Below are positions 1 through 11,250 of a stretch of DNA of 32,504 nt, in pieces. Source of the stretch: Nemertoderma westbladi. Lineage: Eukaryota > Animalia > Xenacoelomorpha. The DNA lies in contig JAUCBJ010006483.1 in the NCBI GenBank assembly GCA_032718475.1, forward strand, positions 1 to 32,504, read 5' to 3'. Every line of letters starts with the position of its first letter. Positions within the stretch are counted from its first letter, which is position 1. The notes beneath the pieces are model-generated. The model ran no database searches and had not been told where the DNA came from. It saw nothing but the letters and a program-made list of their open reading frames with translations. A program made the position numbers and the translations under genes.

Positions 1-285
1 CAACCTAAATAATAGGTCTCTTATAAGGAAAAACCTATATTATAAAAATTAATAAATTATTGCAGATAGTGAGAACATAATAGTGACCTAGTATCTGTGG
101 CTGAGAATATTTATGATGTTCCTTCCTAGAACCGGTACCGGTAATGAGAAATCGAACAAGAACAATAGTCTATACCGGAGACCATCCAATTCAATATGTC
201 GTCCCTGCTAGCAGAGGCCACAACCAATCATAAATTATGATCAAGTCTGACTCCCGATAAAATATATAAGCAAAATAAGGCGAAA

Positions 286-416
286 AGGGCGAGGTCTGGA
301 GGGTAGGACCAGTGTGTTCAATGTACTGTACTAATGTACATGGGGTTGTTAGGGGCGGGGTCTGGAGGGAGGACCAGTGTGTTCAATGTACTGTACTAAT
401 GTACATGGGGTTGTTA
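286..416. repeat. Two-copy ~65 bp tandem duplication
   Basis: ggtctggaggg(t)aggaccagtgtgttcaatgtactgtactaatgtacatggggttgtta occurs twice back to back. Confidence 0.9.
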
Positions 417-2514
417 ATCTAATCATAATCAATGTGTTCCCATTCATTTAACTCCTCCCAGTGGGTTAGAAAAATTAATCTGCAATCAAGTAGATATTAT
501 TTACTTTCATATTACACCATTATATCATTATGTTTGAATAATATTTTCTCAGATTGACTTTAACATCATGAACTGATAAGTATGAAATTGGTTTTACTGT
601 AGAAAAAAATGTCTGCAGAATAAGTGATTGACATTACTAATGTAGAAGCTACTATGGCAGATAAATGGCGATGTAATCCGAGAAAGTGTCACTCAATCAA
701 ATCTTCATTTATATCAAATTTAAATAGAGAGAAGGTTGACTATTGAATGTAGTAATCCTGTTAATAGCATGATAAGTTGGTAGGTATTACAAGACCACCG
801 AAATTATTATAAGAGATGAATTAGTAAGTAGTACTTTAGTTGGGTGAGGTTGGATGTCCTTTAGATAATAGATGTGTGGACGTGCCTGCCCATATCATAT
901 GCATCCACAATGATGGCCAAATGGTTATCTAATCATCCATATGCCACGATCGCAAGACAGTAGTACTATTTAGCTGAAGGGCAAAATGTTGCCTTAATGT
1001 GGCGAACTCTACAAAATACGACCGGTATAGGAAATGTTTTATGAACATAAACATTTTAAAAAATCAATCAAACAGGGAATCGATTTGTATAAATCGATAG
1101 AGTCCAGTTCGAAAGATACCCAATGTTTCCCGTAATAGTCAAGGTTATATCGTAATTCAGATGTCTATCTCGAAATAGTAATTAAATGGCGCTGCGATAT
1201 TCTCCTATATTCAACATCATTTGTTTTTCTTGAAAATATTAAGACAATGCTGCGTGATAGATATTTTTCACATTAATGGATGTTGATCTTCAGTCCATTC
1301 ATTCAGTTAATGCCTCCATACCTATTCTTGCTAATAGTATTAATACAGTACCTAAAGTATAACCATCTCGGAGTATCATTACACTTTCCAGTCTATTGAT
1401 AACATCACTACTCTCTGCACATCCCAACAATAACTTGTTTACAAATCGAGATACTTACAGGCGTCTAAGTTCTAAGAGATAGGGGGGGGGGGGGGGGGGG
1501 GGGTGTTGATTCAAATCATACAGTATATGGGAAATTCAACAGTGTTAATTATCAAGAGATCTTTTAGGGGGAGGGTCTTTTAGGCTTATTACACCAGAGA
1601 CTTTCTCCCCAACACCAACTGACGAACAGACCATGGGACAGGGGGGGGGGGAACCTTGACGCTAATCCCATCCCTGCGAATTGATATATTTCCATCCCAA
1701 TCAAACTAAACTATCCGTTGTCGGTCTCTAAAGTGATTTATTTACAAACTATTGCAAAATAATGTGTAATTGCTAAGTATTCATTTAACAATACGGTACA
1801 TTTGTGGGACACAATATTGTACATACAAGATTGCTCTAATTTGGTGAAGAGAGTAGAGCACATAAATTTTACGTAATATTATATTGGCTGCGCAAACGAC
1901 GCATTCGTCGCAAATTTAGCGAAATGCATAATGAAAAAATAAACAACTAATAATGCGGCATAGTTAATATATTATATATATTGATATATTAATTTATATA
2001 TTTTTGTGAGAAATTGAGAAACAGAACTGGTGCATTTTATGGTATAGATTATGTCAGGATTTATTGCAGCGTCGTCATTCAATGAAATTACATGGAAACC
2101 AGATACCTGTCATGTGTGCGCAGTGTGCGTAAATGATTATTCACGGTGTCGCGTTTCAAACATACCATTATAATCCCAAACATCGCAGGTAGAGTGATAA
2201 ACATTGCAGGTTAGCACGGTTCTTGGGTTTCAGGGGGGATGAAGATGGTCCAATTATTAATAAAATGCGTACTTGGCCCATTAATAATATCTTGTTTTTA
2301 TTATTAAGCCTATTGGAGGGGCATACTTACAGAGTAACCAACTAGAGGGAGGCAAATCCATCCACATTACGGAGTGGAGTAGCTTTAGAGGAAATATACG
2401 AAATGTAATACGAACTTAGTGAATGTTGGTGTATAATTATTATATTATACTTCCACATGTTGTATCTCCAAAGAGGTGTCATAAAATGTAATGACCTTTA
2501 TTGTAGCATGTATA

Positions 2515-3139
2515 CAGTGGCGGGTTTAAAACATGAAAAGTGGAAGGAACAGGGACAGGGACAGGGACAGGGACATGAAAAGTTTTCAAATTTCCTGCTC
2601 AATTTTTCATTTATTTATTCAAGATATAAAAAAGATATAAAGATAAGATATAATATTATAATTACGATAAATTATTATCACACTGCTTGGACGGCAACAA
2701 CACCGCTAATGACCATTCTTTGTACTATACTGTTTTCTGTAGCTTGTATGAACAATGGGACTTCCTAGTAATCTCACCAGCCTAAATAAAGGATGTGGTT
2801 GATATTGACCTGGCTTTGGATTCCTGATCTGGTTTGGGAGGCTTTAAACTGTTCTCTGAAGTTTTATATTACCTCAACAGAGAAAATTTGGCTAGTATGA
2901 CTTACCGGTATCTTGTCTACCAATAAAATACAGTCAGTTAACTTATTTATTGTTTGTAGTTAAATTTGGATTGATAGATTTTTAAAAGTGCAGTGGACAT
3001 ATGATAGCGTCCCCCTCTACCTTGACAGTTGGACAGGGGGGACGTGTCCCCCTCCCCCTGTGCCGTGGCTGCGCCCTTGTTGTGAGGGGGGACATGACCC
3101 AATGCCCCCCCCCCCCCCCCCCCCCCTAATCCGCCACTG
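2515..3139. mobile_element. Non-autonomous hAT-like element (MITE)
   Basis: Termini CAGTGGCGGGTTT and TAATCCGCCACTG are inverted repeats. The 8-bp flanks catgtata (2507-2514) and cgtgtata (3140-3147) match 7/8, like an hAT target-site duplication. Subterminal GGGACA repeats and a C22 tract lie inside. Confidence 0.8.
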
Positions 3140-3982
3140 CGTGTATATTACTATGTAATTAGTTTGTTGTACTTATAGGACGTTTACCTACATTACCAAC
3201 TTTAATAAATGTACTAGCATTTTTGATGAATTAATAGATGATAAACATTCAATCAGTTAAAAAAACATTTACGTAAACATGTAATAGAGGCAGTACAACA
3301 TGCACCACCCATAGGTCACGATATTATAATGTAACTACTATATACTGCAATCCATCTGTTAGTTGGTGGAATGGGAACAGAGTAGCCATTCTACCTGCTG
3401 TTGGGTTGACCCGGACCAACCCAGACCAAAACAGTTACGATTCGGTATGTGGGCGACTGACTACCCATCAAAATGGTGATTCATCTAAATCAATAGTTTA
3501 TTATGGGTGTTATGGGTGAATCAGTGGTTTCAGATTATTATAACTTTTTGTTGGGCACAGCTTTTGCAAAGTCGGCAATGACGTCCAGGTGGGATCGAAC
3601 TGGTGACCTCTAAATAAATAGGTCATCGCGTACAGTACAATATTTTCTATTACTGGTACAACATTCTGATTTAAGTCGTACAGCCACAATTTGTCTTGTG
3701 TAACGGAAAAATAAATTTTTTTTCTAAAAGATTTAGAAAATAACACAGATGTCCTCAACAGTTCAAACGAAAAAAACTTACCAATTAATCCGATAGTGAA
3801 AATCGACCGCAGCAGTAATAAAAGTATACAGGTAACATGCCGGTAACAGTTCGTCACTTCTGATAAAGCTTTACCGTGATCATTTAGAAAGTGCTTCCAA
3901 AAATATATATCGTACAGTATATTCCATCCTTTTTATCTACAAAAAGCATAGCATTTAATTGATTGCATATTTTCCCTTCTAG

Positions 3983-4153
3983 TTTGGCGTGTGCAGACAT
4001 CTACATCGGTGTTATATCAGTTCCACTCGCAACCGTTTACTTTCAATTAACATACTGGCCGTTGAACCCTATACTGTGTGACACTTGGTTGGTCTGTGAT
4101 TACACCTTCAGTTCTGCCAGCGCCCTCAGTATCCTCCTAATAAGCTTAGACAG
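3983..4153 (+). CDS. Internal exon (TM2-TM3) of a muscarinic acetylcholine receptor-like aminergic GPCR
   Basis: Acceptor tttcccttctAG and donor AG|GTACTG. Encodes (S)LACADIYIGVISVPLATVYFQLTYWPLNPILCDTWLVCDYTFSSASALSILLISLD(R), matching the SLACAD, WPL...CD.W...DY..S.AS and ISxDR motifs of muscarinic/histamine receptors, with the amine-binding TM3 Asp. Confidence 0.9.
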
Positions 4154-4473
4154 GTACTGTATCTACATGAACGTAATTATTTACATTAATAAAAGGAAAA
4201 AAAACTATTCTTATATTAATTTTACATTATTTATCGGTATTTATATATTAATTGAAATATTCTAATTTGATTCATCTTCTAAAATTAAATTAACCTTATA
4301 ACTACGTCACATTATAACTCGCAAAACTTTAATATGGCTGCCTATATTGTGTGAATCGCATTGCAGCAAAGTCTAAGTTGTGTTGCGATAAAAATACAAA
4401 AATTATAGACTACGGAGTGACAAACATACCAATTATCACCTTTCCTATATAGTAAATAAATTAATGATTAATG

Positions 4474-4531
4474 ATTTCTAAAACAAAATCCTGTTAACAT
4501 ATATATATTAACAGGATTTTGTTTTAGAAAT
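4474..4531. repeat. Perfect 24-bp-arm inverted repeat with a 10-nt AT-rich spacer, in the GPCR intron
   Basis: atttctaaaacaaaatcctgttaa (4474-4497) and ttaacaggattttgttttagaaat (4508-4531) are exact reverse complements. Confidence 0.9.
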
Positions 4532-4999
4532 GGAAAACGTTTCGGTCAGTAGCGCTAACCAGCTCATCCACTAGCCCCTGGCACTCACACTCCACCTAAT
4601 CAATCCACTTCTGTTGAACAAGCAGTCTTAAGTTGCTTATCCTATCTCTAACAGCGGACCTACCGGCCTCAAGTATGTTAGAGTGAAACAGGAGGGAAGT
4701 ACAAATAAATAAATTTTAAGCTCGAGCTGCCACGTGATATTATTTAAATTAATTCTGAGTTGATTTGATATTTCAACTGTGTAATAGTAATATTTTAATA
4801 TGGCGTCATTAACTCCTTCGGTTGTTAGCTCCTTATGTCGTTTGGTCATTAGGTCGATAAGGACGTTAGAGGTCCTGCGACCGGCGTCGCTAGGTTCTGC
4901 GGTCTAACTATAAATATATATATGTAAATATAGGAACGGTAAATTAGGAAAAGCAATTCGAATATTGATTTATTAATTTATGTTTTTTCCGTTTATCAG

Positions 5000-5237
5000 G
5001 TATTTCAGTATAATTAGACCGATAAAGTACAGGTCGAGTCGGACTCCAAGGAAGGCTTGTCTGGCGATAATTTCAGTCTGGTTGTTCTCATTGTTTTTCT
5101 GGGGAACCGCTTTAATGGCCTGGCAATACAAAGACTTCGTGAGAACAATTCCAGACAATAGATGCGACGTGGTATTCCTAGAGAAAAGCCCAATATTTAC
5201 AGTTGTCTCAATAATATTCGTATTTTGGGCTCCTATA
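5000..5237 (+). CDS. Internal exon (ICL2-TM4-ECL2-start of TM5) of the same muscarinic-like GPCR
   Basis: Acceptor tttatcAG and donor GTAAGT at 5238. Splicing to the previous exon rebuilds DRY (AG+G). Encodes YFSIIRPIKYRSSRTPRKA...W..S...W...MAWQY....RTIP...C...FL, closely like muscarinic [21 protein letters not shown]. Confidence 0.92.
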
Positions 5238-6220
5238 GTAAGTAATATGTTATATATATATATATATAGTATTAAATATGTAATTTAATCATTAGATCGA
5301 ACAATACTATTACCACTTTAATTGGACAAATTTCGTGAATTTAATACCGAGAGGAGACAAATTATTTTCTGTCTATCGATTGTTGTAAAAATATATCGTA
5401 CTATACTACTAGCTATACTATTAAATTGTGAATCAATTTTACTGTTGCGGTTCACAGAAATTCAAGTTTAATTTATTTCATATTTCTCAATAAATATTAA
5501 AAATATTATAAATATAATATTGGAACTTACTTTACTGTCCATGATTACCGGTTGTTTTTACCATAATTTATTACCAGGTTATTTAGTTATTTTACGAGTT
5601 ATTTACCCGAGGGACATGTTATAGACCCGAGGCGAAGCCGAGGGTTTATAACTGGCCCGAGGGTAAATAATGAGGAAAATAACTAAATAACCTGGTAATA
5701 AGTGAGTTATTAACCAATTTTACCAGGTTTCCCACATTTCTAAAAGGGCTTTAGTTTGGGGGCAGAAGTATTAAAATGGGGCTTGGATATTTTGGGGGTA
5801 CAAATATAATATATTTTCAATTTTGTAATTCTTTATGTGTATTATATTTTATTTCAAGACGGTTATTATTCCCTGGGGAGAAATAACTGAATTGGTGATG
5901 AATATCACCGACATTCATGTCCCGCATTTCCTGTCCAGTTCGACAACTAAAGTATGACATGCATAATAAGCAATAAAGAGTATTGATAACATAAGTGGTG
6001 TGTGTACACATCCAATTAGCCCCTTCTCCTTCAAAATTTTAAAATCGTCCACATCTAAGGCCTCACTTGTAGAATCTCATTATCAGCTTCATCCATCAGT
6101 GTCAACTGATCCCTATCCAATTGAATCTCTAATACATCTAAACATCCCGCCACCATATATCCACCCCCACCCAGTCCATCCCGCCACCGCCACCATCTTG
6201 TCAAGAAAGAATTCGCTTGC

Positions 6221-6524
6221 GGGGCGAGCCACGAAGTGAGCGAAGCCTTAGCATATATATGGGTGTCATTAACGAGTTGCCTGTCGTCGTCGTCTGTCGT
6301 CGTCGTAAATTTTTGATCGCTAATAACTCGGTCATTCCTTGTTTAAATTAAACGAAACTTGGTACGTATATACGTACAGTAGTCCGGCAAAAGTTTAGAA
6401 AGAATCGGAATTTTGTTAGAAAACGAACGAACGTAACGAGGCAAATTACCGACAGACAACTCGTTAATGGGCCCCCTATATGCTAAGGCTTTGCTCACGT
6501 CGTGTTGCGCGAACACCCCACGAA
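6221..6524 (+). mobile_element. Short element with subterminal inverted repeats and a (GTC)n microsatellite (Helentron/DINE-1-like, tentative)
   Basis: Inverted repeats at 6230-6286 and 6450-6504. A gtcgtc tract follows the left repeat. Termini ggggcgagccacgaagt...gcgcgaa..cccca are shared with the element at 25158-25660. Confidence 0.65.
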
Positions 6525-6687
6525 CGTTTAAGTTCAACTTAGATTATATACTGTAGTATATATATTTTATAGAGTTTAACTAAGTTAAACTATATCTACG
6601 GTAGGCACTAGTGTAGCCTGTGTGACCATATTTGAACTTTAAAAAATACTGTATTTTTTTGTCTTTTGTTATTGTTTTCTAAAACAT

Positions 6688-7040
6688 TAGTATAGGCCTA
6701 TATGTTTTTTATGGTAGCTCTGTAATGTTTTTTTACTAGCTAGTATTTTTCAATTATTATAAAAAATATGTGATAACATTGGTATTTCAGGTTTAAACAG
6801 TTATTGCTGACCAAAAAATATGACCAAAAATATTAATGATATTTCTTGTAATAGGTTACATTTTTTTATTTTTAAAAAATACTAGCTAGTAATCTACTAG
6901 CTACCATTGAAAATATCTGCTAAGGTTCTAGAACATTCACCAATATTAAAAAACACCAAAAAAACAATATTACTTTTTTTTCAAGATATACTAGCTAGTA
7001 AAAAAAACACTAGCTAACATAAAAAATATCGGCACTACTG
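6688..7040. repeat. Degenerate inverted repeat built on an actagctagta motif
   Basis: ttttatggtagc...ttttactagctagta (~6705-6745) is mirrored by tactagctagtaaaaa...tagctaacataaaaaa (~6989-7026), with an extra copy at ~6880-6910. Confidence 0.5.
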
Positions 7041-7392
7041 AACTTAAGGGCCCCAAAATTGACTGGAACCAAACAAATAATATTGCAAAGGAGATTCAGG
7101 TGATGGTATATTTTTTAGCATCATTTACGTTTTTAAATATTTAACTGCAATTGTAACAATATATATTCTAGAATGTCTATTTTACTATAATTAAACTAAA
7201 CAAATTAGTACCGCTAGTAAGCTTACTGCATGTACTGATCTGACAGTGATACAGAATGATTACTCAGCAGTTATTATTCCCCGGGATAGAATAACTCAGC
7301 AATAGAACTCTATGTTAATCTAGTTATTTTTAATAAGTAATAATATCGGAAAAACCCGATTAATTGGTTAATAACAAATGATATTTACATAA

Positions 7393-7429
7393 CTAACTAC
7401 TACTACTACTAGGTCCAGCGAACTCGAAC
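7393..7429 (-). mobile_element. Extreme 3' tip of an RTE-like LINE with a (TAG)n tail
   Basis: The minus strand reads gttcgagttcgctggacc(tag)n, matching the LINE 3' end at 9021-9045 (gttcgagttcgctcgatctactagta). acataa occurs on both sides (7387-7392, 7428-7433). Confidence 0.6.
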
Positions 7430-7599
7430 ATAATATACAAAACTACTTAGTAAACACCTAATTTTAGCTTTATTTAATTACTAATTAAATTTGTTATGCT
7501 ATCAATTTATTAGTAAGCCTACACGAGTATTGTCCGTATAACGGCCGAATTAAAATTTAGTAGCTGGACCTCATTGCTTCCTCAGATCAGTAGACGATG

Positions 7600-7800
7600 G
7601 TTCGACGACATTTGTGTCTACTGTTGAGGGTGACACAGATTCATTCGAAGTGTTATGGGGAGCATCCAGGATTACACACCTGCTCCATTCTTATTTATAA
7701 TTGTGGTTGACTATGTTCTACGCATGTCCTTAGATCATCATAATGATGATGGTGTGATAATACCTACTGCCTCCAGAAGTCGAGGAAATCCCGCCAACCA
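7600..7800 (+). mobile_element. Degenerate RTE-like LINE reverse transcriptase fragment
   Basis: Encodes TVEGDTDSFEVL...APFLFIIVVDYVLRMSLD...SRSRGNPA, homologous to the GVLQGDTLAP.LF.IVLDY region of the adjacent element. Confidence 0.75.
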
Positions 7801-7803
7801 CCA

Positions 7804-9045
7804 GTAGCTGCCAAAATATACAATAAAATGATTCTATATAGGATTAGGCCTCACATAGAGAAACTACTGCATAAGAGCCAAAACGGATTTCGACCAAATA
7901 GATCAACAATAGCTCAGATACTTGCACTACAGAGACTGATTGAAGGAATTAAGTCAAAGAATCTCCCATCTCCCCGCAGTCATGACTTTTGTGGACTTCA
8001 AGAAGGCATTCGACTCCATCCATAGAGGTAAAATGCTTGAAATCCTAAGAGCTTATGGAATACCAGAAGTAATTGTTGCTGCCATTGGATTGTTATATTG
8101 TGATACAGAAGCGCAGGTACTCTCACCAGATGATGAAACTGAGTTTTTCTTAATCCTGGCTGGTGTACTGCAAGGTGACACATTAGCACCATTACTATTT
8201 GTAATTGTGCTGGATTACGCAATGAGGACGGCCACAAAGGGTAAAGATCTGGGATTCACACTTCAAGAACGCAGAAGTAGTAGATATCCGGCAACTACTT
8301 TGCGGAGGACATCGCCCTGCTCTCCAATACACTAGCAGATGCGCAGCTTCTACTAAATAAAGTGGGGAGGGCTGCTAAGGAGGTTGGATTGCATATAAAT
8401 GCTACCAAGACCGAATTCAAGACCTTTAATGTTGATGGAAACTTGACAACCATTGATAATAATCAACTAAGGAAGGTCGACGACTTCCAGTCCTCGATCA
8501 TGGATAGAGAGTAGCAAAAAGGACATAGAAGTTAGGAAAGCAAAGGCTTGGGGAGCTCTATCAAAAATGGATACCATCTGGAAATCAGATCTCTCCAGGC
8601 ACCTGAAGACTACGTTCTTTCGAGCCACAGTGTAAAGTGTATTTTTATACATGGGTGAGACCTGGACACTGACTAAATCACTTGAACAACGAATTGATGG
8701 TTGCTACACAAGACTACTAAGGGCATCTCTAAACATCAGCTGGAGACAACACATGACAAACGCCGAGCTTTATGGTACAATACTGCCTGTATCGCCTGTA
8801 CTGCCATGAACGCAGATTAAGATTCAGTGGGCACTGCTGGCAAAGTAAAGACGAGGTCATACCAGATCTACTTTTCTGGCAACTAACTCATGGAAAGCGT
8901 AGTCGTGGACGACCTGCCATGACATATATAGATCAATTTGAAAGGGATACTGGACTTGGGAAAAACGAAATTGCGACAACTATGTAGAATCGGGAAGCCT
9001 GGAAGGATCTCATTACCACTGTTCGAGTTCGCTCGATCTACTAGT
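7804..9045 (+). mobile_element. 5'-truncated, frameshifted RTE-like non-LTR retrotransposon (RT to 3' end)
   Basis: Motifs QNGFRPNRST, FVDFKKAFDSIHR, GVLQGDTLAP, FAEDIALL (decayed F/YADD), GLHINATKT and RLRFSGHCW...RGRP, with several frameshifts and stops. Confidence 0.93.
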
Positions 9046-9431
9046 AAACAGTTGAATTGTTTCATAACATCCTGATAGTATCTGGTAGATACTGCCAATC
9101 CCTACATAGAGACCAGAGAGAGACCTTCATAGTGGCCAAATTCACCTCTTTATCCCAAACAGGAAGAGAAGAACTATCTACACTAGTGGTCAAACCAGTA
9201 GTGTATTCCGTTGTGTCTGTTGAGTTAGCCTACACTGTCGGTTATACTGGCACTACAGTGTCATCCACATCTAGCCCTACCAGCTCAGTGCGAAACTCAG
9301 TGTCAAACTCAGTGCCTACCAGTCCGGTACTTCTGCATCAGTATATTCCATATGTATTATATATATATATATGTATATAATACATATATAATATATATGT
9401 ATTCCACATTTTCCATAATCGGTACATATGT

Positions 9432-10450
9432 TTAGTCAAAGTTAGGCTCATTATGGTCAGGAACACCAGCCACAATGAGTTCAGACTCAGGCAAGACCAG
9501 CTCAACTTTGAAGTCGACAGCGACGAAACAATCCTCTATCTCTGCATCAGGTTCTTCACCAGATGGATCGGACTGGTGAAAAGGTATTGTCACTGATGAG
9601 CTCCCCAGTGTACTTGGGGGCAGGACTAATGATTCCAGGAAGGGCATGCCAAACAAGTGATCGCGTTTCTGATTGACCAACCCTTCAAGGTGGTGTTGAA
9701 TGACCTAATGGACCATGACTCATTTCTACGAATGAGTTCTGATCTGAATTGATTCCACCCAAAAATGCCAACGCTGTGAATTTCCACCCTGTAATTCCAT
9801 CCAGTCGAGAAGGTAGTTTGGAACTTCACCAGGTCCGCTGACATGGCAGGGATAAACTTCTCAAGTTGGAGAAGGGAGAATTCGAGAGAATTTGTGCCCC
9901 TCATGCAACAATGGACAGGCAAATCAATGTTGCCCTTTGTGAGATACCAGCCACCATATAAAGGACAACATTACTCATTAGTGACAACTTGTAGGTATGC
10001 AAGATGACATTGTTGTTCCTGCCCGATCTGTGCAATATCATTGAGGAAAAAAGGAACACCTAGATAATAAGTTGCCAATAACAGCTGATCAAAGAGTTCC
10101 TCTATCCTCTCCCGCGTCTCCTCCAAAACCCTTGTCCTCTAGCGGCAATTGCGTGTTATTTTTTCCGCTGTAATCAGAGCAATTACAACAGAGTCTGGCA
10201 CAACGCCTATTCCAGTGGTCTCGCTACTGGAAGTCGGCTGGATCCCACTTGAAAATCGCTCTCGATATCCAAACCATAAACGTTCCATAGAGTGGATGAC
10301 TTTCTGAGTTTCGTCCTTTACCCTATTACCCAACTGCTGCATGAAGTGCCATGAATCAAGGCGAACTAGGGCTTCTGGCCAGCCTGAAAATAGATGAGCT
10401 ATTTTCAGCAGACCATCAGCCTCAATAGTGCAGCAGTCTCGATCCATGTA
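9432..10450 (-). pseudogene. Decayed DDE-type DNA transposase remnant (resembles DUF6729-associated proteins)
   Basis: Minus-strand pieces YMDRDCC, VRLDSWHFM, CR*RTR.LEET, LGVPF, KG..LPV..C.RGTNSLE, KFIP and PKYTGELI fall in the order I recall for this family, with stops and frameshifts. The family link is from memory. Confidence 0.7.
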
Positions 10451-11235
10451 CTATTACTACTAGGATCAGCATGCTGCATTGCAGCTGCATATTTAAGAAT
10501 GCTGTGCCAGCTTGTCGACAAAATTGCGCCACCACAACTCCCTATCACCCATGATATTTGCTAGATCATCCGCATGTTCAAGGCCAATGTCCTTTAAGAT
10601 ACGTCTCAAGAAGGTCATGGGTTGTCCACCATGCTTATTCACTCCATGAGGCTGCCAAAGCACAAGATTATGCACTGGTTGGTCCTCATGGCGAATGCAA
10701 TATGCTGCAAAGTGGATGCCGCTTTGTTCTAGTGTCAAGCTTGGGAGAACTAATGAGACACCTCCGATGTTATATAGTGTCTGGTTGGAGATGTGTGCAT
10801 TATACTTGACACAGTGATCCCGGCGTAGTATTCTTGTGAATGTGCCATCCAGAGATTTGGTGTCTTCAACGCAGCGCGTCTAGAGCCCAGAATGGACTCC
10901 CATAAAGGAGTACTGGAACTACTGCTGCTCTAAATAATCGGACCTTAAGTTTCCGATTAAGTCTATGTGACTTCCAAATCCAGGAAAGCCTATTCAAGGC
11001 TGCCCATGCCTTTCCCTTATATTCGACTGGTCCTCACCTGACTTCTGGATCCATGATCCCAGGTAACAGAAGTTATCCTCATGCTTAAGCATATCATCCG
11101 TTGTGCTTATGCAAATCCGATCAGAGACTTGCTGAGGACTTTCAAAGTTAACTGTCAAAATTTTGGTCTTTTTGGAGTTAATGAAAAGACCACGATCCGT
11201 GTAAGGCCAGGGATCTGACCTGATCTTTCAGGGCA
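10451..11235 (-). mobile_element. 5'-truncated RTE-like LINE 3' fragment
   Basis: Minus strand encodes GLFINSKKTK, FCYLGSWI, AWAALNRLSWIWKS, LFRAAVVPVLLYG and HFAAYCIRHEDQPVHNLVLWQP, with a stop at 10493 and a tagtagtaatag tail at ~10451-10462. Confidence 0.88.
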
Positions 11236-11250
11236 TTCTGATGGATACAT

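Larger units (their letters stand above)
5568..7374. mobile_element. Candidate non-autonomous element with a long terminal hairpin (Crypton-like architecture, tentative)
   Basis: A 134-bp hairpin (5568-5701) is centred on ccgaggcgaagccgagg. It is followed by ttattaaccaatt (5707-5719), whose reverse complement aattggttaataa lies at 7362-7374. The motif gttattattccc..ggg..a.aataact occurs near both ends (~5862, ~7270). Confidence 0.45.

Noticed and set aside
1-1460. Possible highly decayed LINE
   Set aside because: Only faint motif-like fragments are visible and no continuous frame can be supported.
2457-2768. 103-aa ORF with a QG repeat, and the other short ORFs overlapping TEs or antisense to DCTN2
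   Set aside because: These are explained by MITE subrepeats, TE antisense frames or the GC-rich antisense strand, and none has recognisable domains.
3575-3635. tRNA gene (minus-strand gttcgatccc B-box-like motif)
   Set aside because: No cloverleaf or A-box could be built; at most a decayed SINE head.
9057-9380. Ser/Thr/Val-rich ORF as the GPCR third intracellular loop exon
   Set aside because: It has no TM5 continuation and no convincing splice sites, and it sits between TE remnants.
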